Shown piece after piece: positions 31,672-40,989 of a stretch of 47,674 nt of DNA (positions are counted from its first letter, which is position 1; the number at the start of each line of letters is the position of its first letter). Below the pieces are notes generated by a model, which had not been told where the DNA came from, made no database searches, and was given only the letters and a program-made list of their open reading frames with translations. The position numbers and the translations under genes are program-made. Origin of the DNA: Nannocystales bacterium (GTDB lineage: Bacteria; Myxococcota_A; Polyangia; Nannocystales; Nannocystaceae); contig JBOEGF010000006.1 of assembly GCA_050633305.1 (NCBI GenBank), forward strand, positions 170,485 through 218,158, written 5' to 3'.

Positions 31672-32285
31672 CCCCCCCGCCGGCCATGCCCAGCCGCATC
31701 GTCGTGTGCGTCGCCGGGGCTTCGGGATCAACGTACGCCAAGAGGCTGCTCGAGCTGCTCGCCGACGTGCAGCAAGGCCGCATCGAGGGCATGGACGCCC
31801 TGCCTGACCTGCAGGTCTCCTGGACCGCCTCAGCCAATGCGGCGGTGTGCTGGAAGGGCGAACTGGGCGAGCCCATGCCCGAGAGCATCCACGGCTTCCG
31901 ACGGTACGGACACAAGGATTTCGGCGCTCCGTTTGCCTCGGGCAGCAACGCGCCCGATGCCGTCATCGTCGCGCCCTGCTCCATGAGCACCCTCGCTCGG
32001 CTGGCCCACGGGGGCGGCGGAGACCTGCTCTCGCGGGCCGGCGAGGTCGCGCTCAAAGAGCGCAAGAAGCTGATCCTCTTGGCTCGCGAGACGCCGCTGT
32101 CGCTGGTGCACCTGCGCAACATGGTGGCCGTGACCGAAGCCGGCGCCGTCGTGCTACCCGCCATTCCTTCTTTCTACGCCGGCGTGCAGACGCTCGAGCA
32201 GGCCATCGATTCGGTCGTGCTTCGAGCCTTGGACCAAGCCGGCCTCCGACTTCCTCTGCTTCCTCGATGGGGAGACGACACATGA
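31668..32285 (+). CDS. ubiX: UbiX-family flavin prenyltransferase
   Basis: GASG, ASGS, APCSMSTL, RA..VALKER, RETP, P.FY. Confidence 0.9.
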   Translation: MTPPPAMPSRIVVCVAGASGSTYAKRLLELLADVQQGRIEGMDALPDLQVSWTASANAAVCWKGELGEPMPESIHGFRRYGHKDFGAPFASGSNAPDAVIVAPCSMSTLARLAHGGGGDLLSRAGEVALKERKKLILLARETPLSLVHLRNMVAVTEAGAVVLPAIPSFYAGVQTLEQAIDSVVLRALDQAGLRLPLLPRWGDDT

Positions 32286-32866
32286 GCATCACCGCCCAAG
32301 AGCTGCTCTCACTTCACCTTTCCCCGGCCTCCGCAGGTCGGCGAGCGTCCGCCCGCCGGGCCGCAATGTTCGGCGACGACATCTGGATTCGGGGCTGCGA
32401 TGCCGCCTCCGCCGAGCCTGCCTCCTGGCCCATGTCCGCCACCGCCGGCGACAACCTGGTGCTCCACGTCGAGCCGACCTCCGAGGGGCGCCGCGCGTAC
32501 GTCTCGTGGCTGCTCGAGGTGGGCGCCGTCCTACCCACTGGCGTCGCCGTGAGCGCCTACTCCACCGAGGCCGCCGGTTTGCACCGCCTGTGGTGCCTCG
32601 CAGCCGCCCGTATGGCCTTGCCCGCCGGCGTGCGCGTCGAGGTCCGCCACGACCTGGTCAGCATTCGCCTCGCCCAGATCGCCCTGGGCTTCGGCGTGGA
32701 CACCTTTGCCGGAACGCTGGAGTCCGACCGCAAGCTCCCGCTCGCCGGCGTCACCCGCCCCGACGAGGCCACCCGCGAGGGCATCGCCACCCTCATCCGC
32801 TCCGCCGGCCTGCGCCCGGTGTTCGAGCCTTCCAAAACGACCGCCAACGATCGAGCCGCGTCATGA
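32282..32866 (+). CDS. Degenerate CofH/MqnE-like C-terminal-domain protein lacking CxxxCxxC
   Basis: C-terminal half aligns by eye to the adjacent MqnE C-terminus; ATGA overlaps on both sides. Confidence 0.6.
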   Translation: MSITAQELLSLHLSPASAGRRASARRAAMFGDDIWIRGCDAASAEPASWPMSATAGDNLVLHVEPTSEGRRAYVSWLLEVGAVLPTGVAVSAYSTEAAGLHRLWCLAAARMALPAGVRVEVRHDLVSIRLAQIALGFGVDTFAGTLESDRKLPLAGVTRPDEATREGIATLIRSAGLRPVFEPSKTTANDRAAS

Positions 32867-34038
32867 CCGTCTCCAAAGCCGACCGCCAACGCTTCAGCAC
32901 CATCACCAGCAAGGTCCGCGACCGCGTGCCGCTGGATCTCGATGACGGGGTGTTTCTCTACCACTACCCCGACCTGCTTGCGCTGGGCTCCCTGGCCAAC
33001 GAAGTCCGCGAGGACCGCCACGGCGACCGCACGTACTTCAACATCAACTTTCACATCAACCCCACCAACGTGTGCGTGGCCAACTGCCGGTTCTGCAGCT
33101 TCGCCCGCCTCGAACCGGGGATGCCCAACGCCTACACGATGAGCCTCGATGAGATCCGCGGCAAACTCGTGGAGCGCAAGGACCAGCCGGTCACCGAGAT
33201 TCACATCGTCTCGGGCCTGCACCACGACCAGCCCTTCGAGTGGTACCTCGACACGCTTCGCGTGCTGAAGGACGAGAAGCCTTCAATTCACCTCAAGGCG
33301 TTCACCGCGGTCGAGATTCACTACTTCCACGAACGCTTTGGCATGAGCTACGAGGAGGTGCTCACCAAGCTGATGGACGCCGGACTGGGCAGCATGCCCG
33401 GCGGGGGGGCGGAGATCTTCCATCCGCGGGCCCGCAAGAAGCTGTGCGACGACAAGGCCACCGCCGAGCAGTGGCTGCAGGTGCACCGCACCGCCCACAA
33501 GCTGGGCCTGCGCACCAACTCGACCATGCTCTACGGCACCATCGAGACCATCGAAGAGCGGGTCGACCACATGCTGCGGCTACGGGACCTCCAGGACGAG
33601 ACCGGCGGATTTCAGACATTCATCCCGCTGTCGTTCCACCCCGACGGCAACAAAATGGCCAAGCTGCCCTCGCCCACGGGCGTGGACGACTTGCGGACGT
33701 ATGCGGTCAGCCGCCTGATGCTGAACAACTTCGACCACATCAAGGCGTACTGGATCATGATCGGGGTCAAGACCGCCCAAATCGCCCAAAGTTTCGGCGT
33801 GGACGACATCGACGGGACCGTCCAGGAAGAGAAGATTTACCACATGGCCGGAGCGGACACCCCTCAGGTCATGACCCGCAACCAGCTGATCCGGCTGATC
33901 CGCGAGGCGGGCCGGACCGCGGTGGAGCGGGACACGCTCTACAAGGTGTTGTGGGAAGACGACGGCGCAAAGCTGCCCGGCATTCGGGTGGACGCGAGCG
34001 TGCCGTTTAGCGCGAATCGCCTTCCCGTCATTCAGTAG
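32863..34038 (+). CDS. mqnE: Aminofutalosine synthase MqnE
   Basis: HINPTNVCVANCRFCSF, HLKAFTAVEI, SMPGGGAEIF, HIKAYWIM, EEKIYHMAG, VERDTLY. Confidence 0.92.
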   Translation: MTVSKADRQRFSTITSKVRDRVPLDLDDGVFLYHYPDLLALGSLANEVREDRHGDRTYFNINFHINPTNVCVANCRFCSFARLEPGMPNAYTMSLDEIRGKLVERKDQPVTEIHIVSGLHHDQPFEWYLDTLRVLKDEKPSIHLKAFTAVEIHYFHERFGMSYEEVLTKLMDAGLGSMPGGGAEIFHPRARKKLCDDKATAEQWLQVHRTAHKLGLRTNSTMLYGTIETIEERVDHMLRLRDLQDETGGFQTFIPLSFHPDGNKMAKLPSPTGVDDLRTYAVSRLMLNNFDHIKAYWIMIGVKTAQIAQSFGVDDIDGTVQEEKIYHMAGADTPQVMTRNQLIRLIREAGRTAVERDTLYKVLWEDDGAKLPGIRVDASVPFSANRLPVIQ

Positions 34039-34059
34039 CGCCCCCGAAAGGACCCTGCC

Positions 34060-36048
34060 ATGACCACTCTCAAGCTTTGGGCCGTTCAATTTCTCAACGC
34101 GCGGCCGTTGTACGCACCGCTGCAGACGATGAAGGCCACCGGATCCGACGGTTTGCCGTTGTTCGAGATCCACGAGGCCCTGCCGGCCGAGTGTGCACGC
34201 AAGCTCGCTTCGGGCGAGGCTGACTTGGCGCTGCTGCCGGTGGGCGCGTACGCGGAGATGCCGGAACTGGAGGTCGTCCCGGGCTTGGCGATCGCGGCGC
34301 GCGGCAAGGTGGACACGGTGGTGGTCGTGGGCCACTGCCCGTTGGAGGAGGCCACCGAGGTGCTGCTCGACGGCGCGAGCCGGACGTCCATCGCGCTGCT
34401 CAAGGTGCTGCTGCACGCGAAGGGACTGACGCCCACGCTGACCCCGGTCGCGCATGGCGAGGGTGCTCCGGCAGCGACGGGCACGACGTGTGCGTTGGTG
34501 ATCGGGGACGCGGCGTTTGGGCTGCCCGAGACGTTCCCGCATGTCACAGACATGGCCGCGGCCTGGTTCGAGCTGACCGGTCTGCCGATGGTGTTCGCGT
34601 TTTGGGCAGCGAAACCGGGCGTGTTGACCGATGAGCACGTCAAGGCGTTGCAAGCTGCCAAGGAGCGCGGCCTGAAGTTCGCCGAGCAGCATGCGGAGAA
34701 GTACCGCAAGAGCGTGCTTGCCGAGGGTCGCGAGGCGCTGAGCACCAACGCCTACGCGAACTACCTGCGCAAGACGATCCGGTTCAACTTCGACAGCTAC
34801 GAGCGCGAGGGCCTGGTCGAGTTTCTCTCGCGCGCGAACGCCTGCGGGGCGGTCACGATCCCTGGCCTGGCCGAAGGGGACACGGTGCATGTGCACTTCA
34901 AGGGCGCGACGTACGATGTGGCGGAGCGGGCTCGAAGCGCCCACAAGCCGCTGAGCGCCGATGCGATTCTGGCCAAAGGAGCGGCGGGCGAGCGGCTGAG
35001 CTTTGCCGAAGGCCTTTATCTGTACGACAACGCGGACCTATTCGCGCTGGGCGAGGCCGCAGACGCCCGTCGCAAGGCGCTGCACCCCGAAGAAGTCGTC
35101 ACGTACATCATCGACCGCAACGTCAACTACACGAACGTGTGCACGGCTCGCTGCCAGTTCTGCAACTTCTACCGACCGCCAGGCAAAGAGGACGGCTACG
35201 TGCTCAGCCGCGAAGTGCTGGCGCAGAAGTTCAAGGAGACGGAAGCGCTCGGCGGGGTTCAGATTCTGCTTCAAGGGGGGCTCAACCCGGACCTGCGCAT
35301 CGAATGGTACGAGGACTTCTTCCGCTGGACGAAGGCCAACTTCAACCTGCGGATGCACGCGCTCTCGCCTACCGAGATCATCCACATCGCGCACCTCGAG
35401 GACCTGCCGGTCCGCACGGTGCTGGAGCGGCTGCACGCGGCGGGGCTGGACTCGCTGCCCGGCGGTGGGGCGGAGATGTTGCACGACGACATTCGCAACC
35501 GCATCTCGCCGTTCAAGAACAGCACCGACGAGTGGATCGACGTGATGAAGGTCGCCCACGAGCTGGGGCTGAAGACCACCTGCACCATGGTGTTCGGCTT
35601 TCAGGAGACGGCCGAGCACGCCCTCGTGCACATGGACAGGCTCCGAGAGACCCAAGACCTGGCGCTATCACGCGGAGTCGACGGTGCCGTCCCGGACGGG
35701 CGATTCACCGCGTTCATCGTCTGGCCGTTTCAGGCGGCGGGCACGAGTTTGCGGTTGCGCGATGACACCAGCGCGTGGCGGTACCTGCGAATGCAGGCAC
35801 TGGCGCGGCTGTACTTGGACAACATCCCGAACATCCAGGTCAGCTGGCCCACGCTGGGGCCTGAGATCGGCGAGGTCGCGCTGCGCTTTGGCGCCAACGA
35901 CTTTGGCTCGGTGATGATCGAGGAAAACGTGGTCTCGCAGGCGGGCGCGCACTTCATGCTCACCGCCGAGCAGATCGAGCACCACATTCGGCACGCTGGG
36001 TTCACCCCCAGCCGCCGCAACATGCAATACGACCGGCTCACGGCATGA
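34060..36048 (+). CDS. mqnC: Fused chorismate dehydratase MqnA - cyclic dehypoxanthine futalosine synthase MqnC
   Basis: N-part: FLNARPL, SRTS..LL, LVIGD.A, W.ELTGLPMVFAFW (MqnA). C-part: VTYIIDRNVNYTNVCTARCQFCNF, LQGG, FGANDFGSVMIEENVV (MqnC). Confidence 0.9.
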   Translation: MTTLKLWAVQFLNARPLYAPLQTMKATGSDGLPLFEIHEALPAECARKLASGEADLALLPVGAYAEMPELEVVPGLAIAARGKVDTVVVVGHCPLEEATEVLLDGASRTSIALLKVLLHAKGLTPTLTPVAHGEGAPAATGTTCALVIGDAAFGLPETFPHVTDMAAAWFELTGLPMVFAFWAAKPGVLTDEHVKALQAAKERGLKFAEQHAEKYRKSVLAEGREALSTNAYANYLRKTIRFNFDSYEREGLVEFLSRANACGAVTIPGLAEGDTVHVHFKGATYDVAERARSAHKPLSADAILAKGAAGERLSFAEGLYLYDNADLFALGEAADARRKALHPEEVVTYIIDRNVNYTNVCTARCQFCNFYRPPGKEDGYVLSREVLAQKFKETEALGGVQILLQGGLNPDLRIEWYEDFFRWTKANFNLRMHALSPTEIIHIAHLEDLPVRTVLERLHAAGLDSLPGGGAEMLHDDIRNRISPFKNSTDEWIDVMKVAHELGLKTTCTMVFGFQETAEHALVHMDRLRETQDLALSRGVDGAVPDGRFTAFIVWPFQAAGTSLRLRDDTSAWRYLRMQALARLYLDNIPNIQVSWPTLGPEIGEVALRFGANDFGSVMIEENVVSQAGAHFMLTAEQIEHHIRHAGFTPSRRNMQYDRLTA

Positions 36049-36950
36049 ACGCAGTCTCGCGCACCTCGCTTTGGGAGACCTTTGCCGCCTTCGGGCGCAT
36101 GGTCCGGCTCTCGCACACGATCTTCGGGCTGCCGTTCGCGTTGGCCTCGGCCGCGCTGGCGCATGTGTGGTCGGTGGAACACGGCGGCGAAGGGATGACG
36201 CTGCTGCGGCTTCTGTGGATCCTGTTGGCGTTCACGGGCGCTCGAACGGCTGCGATGGGGTTCAACCGGATCGTGGATCGCAAGTGGGACGCGATGAACC
36301 CTCGGACGGCGGACCGGGAGATTCCAGCGGGAGTGATCGGGGTGAAGACGGCGTGGGCGCTGACGCTGGGGTCGGCTGGCGTGTTCGTGCTGAGCTCGGC
36401 GATGCTCGGGCGGCTGGCGCTGATGCTGTCACCGCTTTGTTTGGCGGTGGTCGGCGGGTACAGCCTGTTCAAGCGGTTCTCGTGGTCGTCTCACCTGATG
36501 CTGGGGCTGGCGCTTGCGCTTGCGCCGGCAGGGGCTTGGGTCGCGGTGACGGGTTCGCTGGATGGCTGGGCGACGCCGGGGATGCTGATGATCGCGGTAG
36601 CCAGCTGGGTCGCGGGGTTTGATGTGCTGTACAGCCTGGGGGACATGGAGTTCGACAAGAAGGTCGGGCTGCATTCGATCCCGGCGCGGTTTGGGGTTGT
36701 GGGGGCGCTTTGGATCTCGGGCGGGCTGCATGTGGTGACGGTTGGGATGCTGATCGGGCTGCATGTGATCGCAGGGCTTGGGTGGCCGCATGCGGTTGGG
36801 GTTGCGTTGATCGGCGGGTTGCTTGGGGTCGAGCACTGGTTGGTGCGGCCGCGGGATCTGTCGAAGCTTGGGAAAGCGTTCTTTGATGTGAACGGCTACA
36901 TCTCGCTGGCGTACCTTGGGTGCACGCTGGTGGATGTTTGGCTGGGGTAG
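36045..36950 (+). CDS. UbiA-family prenyltransferase (MqnP-like)
   Basis: HTIF.LPFA, ARTAAMGFNRIVD..D..NPRT..REIP, WVAGFD..Y...D, AFF.VNG; multiple TM helices. Confidence 0.9.
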   Translation: MNAVSRTSLWETFAAFGRMVRLSHTIFGLPFALASAALAHVWSVEHGGEGMTLLRLLWILLAFTGARTAAMGFNRIVDRKWDAMNPRTADREIPAGVIGVKTAWALTLGSAGVFVLSSAMLGRLALMLSPLCLAVVGGYSLFKRFSWSSHLMLGLALALAPAGAWVAVTGSLDGWATPGMLMIAVASWVAGFDVLYSLGDMEFDKKVGLHSIPARFGVVGALWISGGLHVVTVGMLIGLHVIAGLGWPHAVGVALIGGLLGVEHWLVRPRDLSKLGKAFFDVNGYISLAYLGCTLVDVWLG

Positions 36951-37365
36951 TCGCTGCTTGCGGGGGGCGGCGCTTCGACTGCGGTGCAAGCTTGCCTTCG
37001 ATACCAGCCCGGCTGTCCGGTCCTCCGCAGTCCACGGCCATGCTCGGAATGCCTCGCGCTGGGATGTGCGAGAGCCAGCCCCACGTCTGGGCCACTTGCC
37101 CATCACGCAGCTGAGCCTCGAGTAAGTGCATCGAACGAATCACCCGCCGCCGGCCAGGACCCGGCGGTCTCGCTCCTCGTGAATGCGACCGAGGTTCCCC
37201 CCCGGAACCGTGGGCTCGGAGGCCGCCTGCCCTACCCTCGTGAGAGCCACGCCCAGCGAAATGTGGCGTGGGCCCTACCTTGGCGACCCCACACACACCT
37301 CTTCGCCCGTCGACGGACTTCTGAACGTCGTCGCCGAACCTCGCCTTTGTCGGTGCCGCAGTACC

Positions 37366-37790
37366 GCACTGCAGGACTTGGGTTTGGTGGCGCGGTTTAT
37401 GTCGCTCGACACGCCCTTTGAACTCGACGGTACAGACAGCGCGCGGGAGCTTCGACTCAGTCAAGATATGCAGGAGGGCCACGCCGAGGTTCTCTGGGAT
37501 GCGATCGCAGTGCACACCACCGTATGGCTGGCTGCGGGCAAGCGCCCTGAGATCTCGATCGTATCGAGTGGTCCGTTCATCGACGTCGCGGGTTTCGGAT
37601 TGGGCGCACTCGACCCTGTGCAAGCTGCCGACGTGCTCGAGGCATTCCCGCGGCTGGCGTTCAAGCAAAGAGTCATGGATACGATGAGCGAGCCGTGTCG
37701 AGTCAAACCGGCGGCCGTGATGTTGTCGCAGTTCGCCGAGAGCGGACGACGCCACCTTGAGGACTTTGACCCGCCAATTCCTAGAGGACC
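37366..37790 (+). pseudogene. 5'-truncated HD-domain hydrolase fragment
   Basis: ALQDLGL (HD appears as QD), FELDG, LWDAIAVHTT, KRPEI, DVAG, AFPRLAFK resemble HD-domain proteins; no plausible N-terminus and no proper stop before the convergent gene. Confidence 0.55.
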
Positions 37791-37815
37791 TGGCTCTGGC
37801 GGCCCCGTTCGAGAG

Positions 37816-38604
37816 TTAGGGGGCGCTCGCAAACGCGGCCTGGTCGGGTCCGACGAACGGCGGGGCCCCCCGTCCGAGGCGAAGGGTGTCCAGCAGGACG
37901 TCGAGCATGTCGGGCGCCGGAGCGAGATGAGCACTGAGCACAGTTTGTGGACGGAGTTCCGACACCCGACGCAAGGCTTGGTCCATCGCGGCGGGATCCA
38001 CCGACCGTACCCAAGGAGACTCGGCCATCAACCATGTCAACATCCCGTCCCGAAGAGCGTCGGCTGGTACAGAGCTGGCCCGCTCCACAGGCTCGAGGAC
38101 CAGGCCACCGAAGCAGTCAGAGCTGAACAACGCTCGCGAGACCGGATCCCACAACATCGTGGTCTCTGGTGCATCATAGACCGGCGGCGCGACGGCGGTG
38201 ACCTGACGGTCGCCCAACTCGAGCGTCTGCCCGGGGTTGAGCAAGAACACCCGCTGCGGGGCGATCGGCTGGACTTGCGAGAGCTTTGCCATGCCCATAT
38301 ACGTCGTGACGACTCGGGCGAGTGGCGCCCGCATGAGCAGTTCATGAAGAGGGCCCACATGATCGTTGTCGGCGTGGGTGATGTAGATCCAGCGCAGTGA
38401 TTCTAAATCGAGGACCGACGAGAGCCGCTCGATCATCGCGTCTCCATACGCAGTGATCCCCGCATCCACCAGCATGGGCTCCGTGGCACGCAGAACAAAG
38501 GCATTCGTCACCATGGTTCCCATGCCTGGCACGGACATCGACGTTGAGAGTTGGTCAATGTTTGTAGCGACGTTGGGGTGGAACTCGATGTCAGGGGTTT
38601 CCAT
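37816..38604 (-). CDS. MBL-fold metallo-hydrolase (FprA/ODP-like)
   Basis: ATG 38604; NAFVL, LVDAG, THADNDHVG, PP.YD.PET, LFSSDCFG, SAH. Confidence 0.8.
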   Translation of the reverse strand: METPDIEFHPNVATNIDQLSTSMSVPGMGTMVTNAFVLRATEPMLVDAGITAYGDAMIERLSSVLDLESLRWIYITHADNDHVGPLHELLMRAPLARVVTTYMGMAKLSQVQPIAPQRVFLLNPGQTLELGDRQVTAVAPPVYDAPETTMLWDPVSRALFSSDCFGGLVLEPVERASSVPADALRDGMLTWLMAESPWVRSVDPAAMDQALRRVSELRPQTVLSAHLAPAPDMLDVLLDTLRLGRGAPPFVGPDQAAFASAP

Positions 38605-38722
38605 GTGACTGTCCTCGAGCCTGAGCCCGGCATGCGTTGTGCACCACCTCGTTGTCCCGTACACACCGTTCGTCCTCACGAACAGTCGGGCCCCGGTCCC
38701 ACGCAGCACAGGCGCGTCGACC

Positions 38723-39664
38723 TCAGTCGAGTTCACCTTCGCCAGGAGGGACATAGAGGGGAGTCCGAAGGCGGTCGCGGATTCGCTCGGCGAAAGCGAC
38801 CACGCGCGAGGGCGTGTGTCGTCGAGAGGGCCGCAGCGCCCAGAGCGAGTAGTGCTCCGCGGTGTACGAGGGCAGGACCACTCTCACATCCGCGCCACCC
38901 GCGTGCATCATCGAGTCCGGCAGCACTGCTGCTCCCGCCCCCTGCCGAACCAAGCTGAGCAGACCAGGGCTGCTCTGTGTCCAGGCCCGATGATGAACCT
39001 GGAGTTCCCGTGCATCTCCACCATCCCGTGGGGTCAGGGTGAGGTTCCGACGGCGTCCCGCGCTACCAACCCAAGGGATCTCGAGCAGCTGCTGAAGCTG
39101 TTCCTCTGGAGGACCCTGGAGCGCGTCATCCCACCGACTCCCTCGCCCCACTGCGACCCAGCCATGCTCCTCCCCAACGCGTTGGCCGACCCACGACGAA
39201 TCGGCAAGCTCTCCGACGCGAATGGCCAAGTCGATGTTGTCGCGCACCAAGTCGAGATTTCGGTCATCGGGGATGAGTTCGATCGCGAGTCGAGGAAAGG
39301 TCGCCAACATTTCGCACAGCACCGGGGACACGAGCACCTCACAGAGGGTGACCGGCGCTGTTACCCGCAACACCCCACTGGGCTCGTCACCCCGGGTCGC
39401 CAGCCACGCCACCGCGTCCACCCAGTGCTCTCGCATCCGCAGCACGGACTCCAAGAACGCAGCCCCCTCATCGGTGAGGCGAACCGCCCGCGTCGTTCGG
39501 GTCAGCAGCTGCGTTTCCAGCCGCGACTCCAGCTCTCGGACGCGGGCACTGACCGTGCTCTTGGACAAGCGGAGATGGACCGCGGCCGCCGTGAACGACC
39601 CGCACTCCGCCACCTCCGCAAAGATCAGCGCTCGGGATGCCAAGTCAGGATCGATGTTCGCCAT
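38723..39664 (-). CDS. LysR-family transcriptional regulator
   Basis: FAEVAECGSFTAAA..L.LSKSTVS..V..LE..L...LL.RTTR.V.LT.EG; DLAIRVG. Confidence 0.93.
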   Translation of the reverse strand: MANIDPDLASRALIFAEVAECGSFTAAAVHLRLSKSTVSARVRELESRLETQLLTRTTRAVRLTDEGAAFLESVLRMREHWVDAVAWLATRGDEPSGVLRVTAPVTLCEVLVSPVLCEMLATFPRLAIELIPDDRNLDLVRDNIDLAIRVGELADSSWVGQRVGEEHGWVAVGRGSRWDDALQGPPEEQLQQLLEIPWVGSAGRRRNLTLTPRDGGDARELQVHHRAWTQSSPGLLSLVRQGAGAAVLPDSMMHAGGADVRVVLPSYTAEHYSLWALRPSRRHTPSRVVAFAERIRDRLRTPLYVPPGEGELD

Positions 39665-39666
39665 TG

Positions 39667-39688
39667 ATTGTCCAGGAGGAGGAACAAT
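39667..39688. promoter_or_regulatory. Putative LysR binding site
   Basis: ATTGT...ACAAT inverted repeat immediately upstream of the LysR start, in the divergent gap. Confidence 0.5.
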
Positions 39689-39743
39689 GAATCCCTGACT
39701 ACACCATTGTCCCGAAAAGCGAGCGAATCAAGCTGAAAAGGAC

Positions 39744-40595
39744 ATGCTTCAGCTCATGACCGGCGCCACTGGACACCTCGGCGCAAACATTCTGTCCCAC
39801 CTTCGAACCCGCAATGCTCTCAAACACCTCGTGTTGGGTGCGCGTGACCCCTCCCAATTGGCGCCGGGGGCTCTCCCAGCGCGACGGGTCGACTACGACG
39901 ATATCGGTTCGATGCGCGAGGCGTTCGCGGGTGTTTCGGACCTGCTCTTGATCTCGAGCAATGCCGCCCATCACGTCCGACGGCGACAACACGCCGCCGC
40001 AGTCGATATCGCCGCCGAGGCGGGGGTGAACCGTATTGTGTACACCAGCTTCGTCGGCGCCGATCGGCCGGGAACCAATGAACTCCTCGAAGTTCACCAT
40101 GCAACCGAACGGAAGCTTCGGGAGTCCGGAGTGCCTTGGGTTGCGCTCCGCAACGGCGTCTACATGGACAGCCTCCCCAGGTTCCTAGGCCCGTTTCGAG
40201 AGACCGGGGTCGTCGCCCACCCCACCGGAGACGCGCCCGTGGCTTGGACGTCCCGAGCGGACATCGCCGCCCTCACGGCCGATATCTTGCTGGACGGATC
40301 GGTCCGTAACCAGGTCATCGACGTGGCTTCCTCGCAACCGCGGTCCTTCCCTTCGATCGTGCAGGAGGTTGCGACGAGCACGGGGCAGCGGGTCGCGCTC
40401 GTCCAACCGACCGAGGACGAGTACCGCGCCATGCTAGGCCGAGCCGGGCTGGACCAAGATACCGTGGAGATTTTCTCCGCAGTCTGCCGGGCCATGCGTG
40501 AAGGGCAGCTCAACGTGTCGAGCCACGTCTTCGAGTCCCGCTTGGGTCGGAGTCCCGAGTCGGTCTCTACATACCTCGCACGAGCGGAACTGTAG
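39744..40595 (+). CDS. NmrA/Qor2(YtfG)-like NAD(P)H-dependent oxidoreductase
   Basis: TGATGHLG Rossmann motif, DYDD, LLLISS, IVYTS, H..TE, LRNG.Y, SR.DIA. Confidence 0.88.
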   Translation: MLQLMTGATGHLGANILSHLRTRNALKHLVLGARDPSQLAPGALPARRVDYDDIGSMREAFAGVSDLLLISSNAAHHVRRRQHAAAVDIAAEAGVNRIVYTSFVGADRPGTNELLEVHHATERKLRESGVPWVALRNGVYMDSLPRFLGPFRETGVVAHPTGDAPVAWTSRADIAALTADILLDGSVRNQVIDVASSQPRSFPSIVQEVATSTGQRVALVQPTEDEYRAMLGRAGLDQDTVEIFSAVCRAMREGQLNVSSHVFESRLGRSPESVSTYLARAEL

Positions 40596-40649
40596 GCGCG
40601 CACACGCCGACATGCGCGGTCCCCATGGCTGGTCGGGAGTGAAGTCTGC

Positions 40650-40829
40650 GTGGACGACGGACGCGGGTGTACGAAATGCGCGTCGGTCGTCGATCGCTGC
40701 ACCGCAAGCGACGACTGCGCGTGCATCGAGGACGTCCAGGCATTGGGCTGCGCCGACACGCCGGTCTGCGAGCCAAGCGAGAACGGGCTTCGGGTAGTCT
40801 GCGAGCCTCTCGACTCGGACTGCGACTAG
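40650..40829 (+). CDS. Small Cys-rich ORF (59 aa) or gene remnant, not in the ORF track
   Basis: GTG 40650: (M)DDGRGCTKCASVVDRCTASDDCACIEDVQALGCADTPVCEPSENGLRVVCEPLDSDCD*. Confidence 0.4.
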   Translation: MDDGRGCTKCASVVDRCTASDDCACIEDVQALGCADTPVCEPSENGLRVVCEPLDSDCD

Positions 40830-40989
40830 GGCGCGCCGGAGCTTCCATGCGCACGCGCGCCGCGTCCGGAGGCGAGTCTGCCCCGATGTCTTGCGCCCGC
40901 CGTTTGCATTGGACGCCGTGCAGCGCACCGGCGTTCGAGGTGTCGACCGATTCCGCAAACCCGCGCCGTTGCGTATGGTTCCGAAGGCG

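Noticed and set aside
37183..38400. 405-aa plus-strand ORF as an intact gene
   Set aside because: Only the middle ~140 codons look like protein (HD fragment); the 3' part is antisense to the MBL gene
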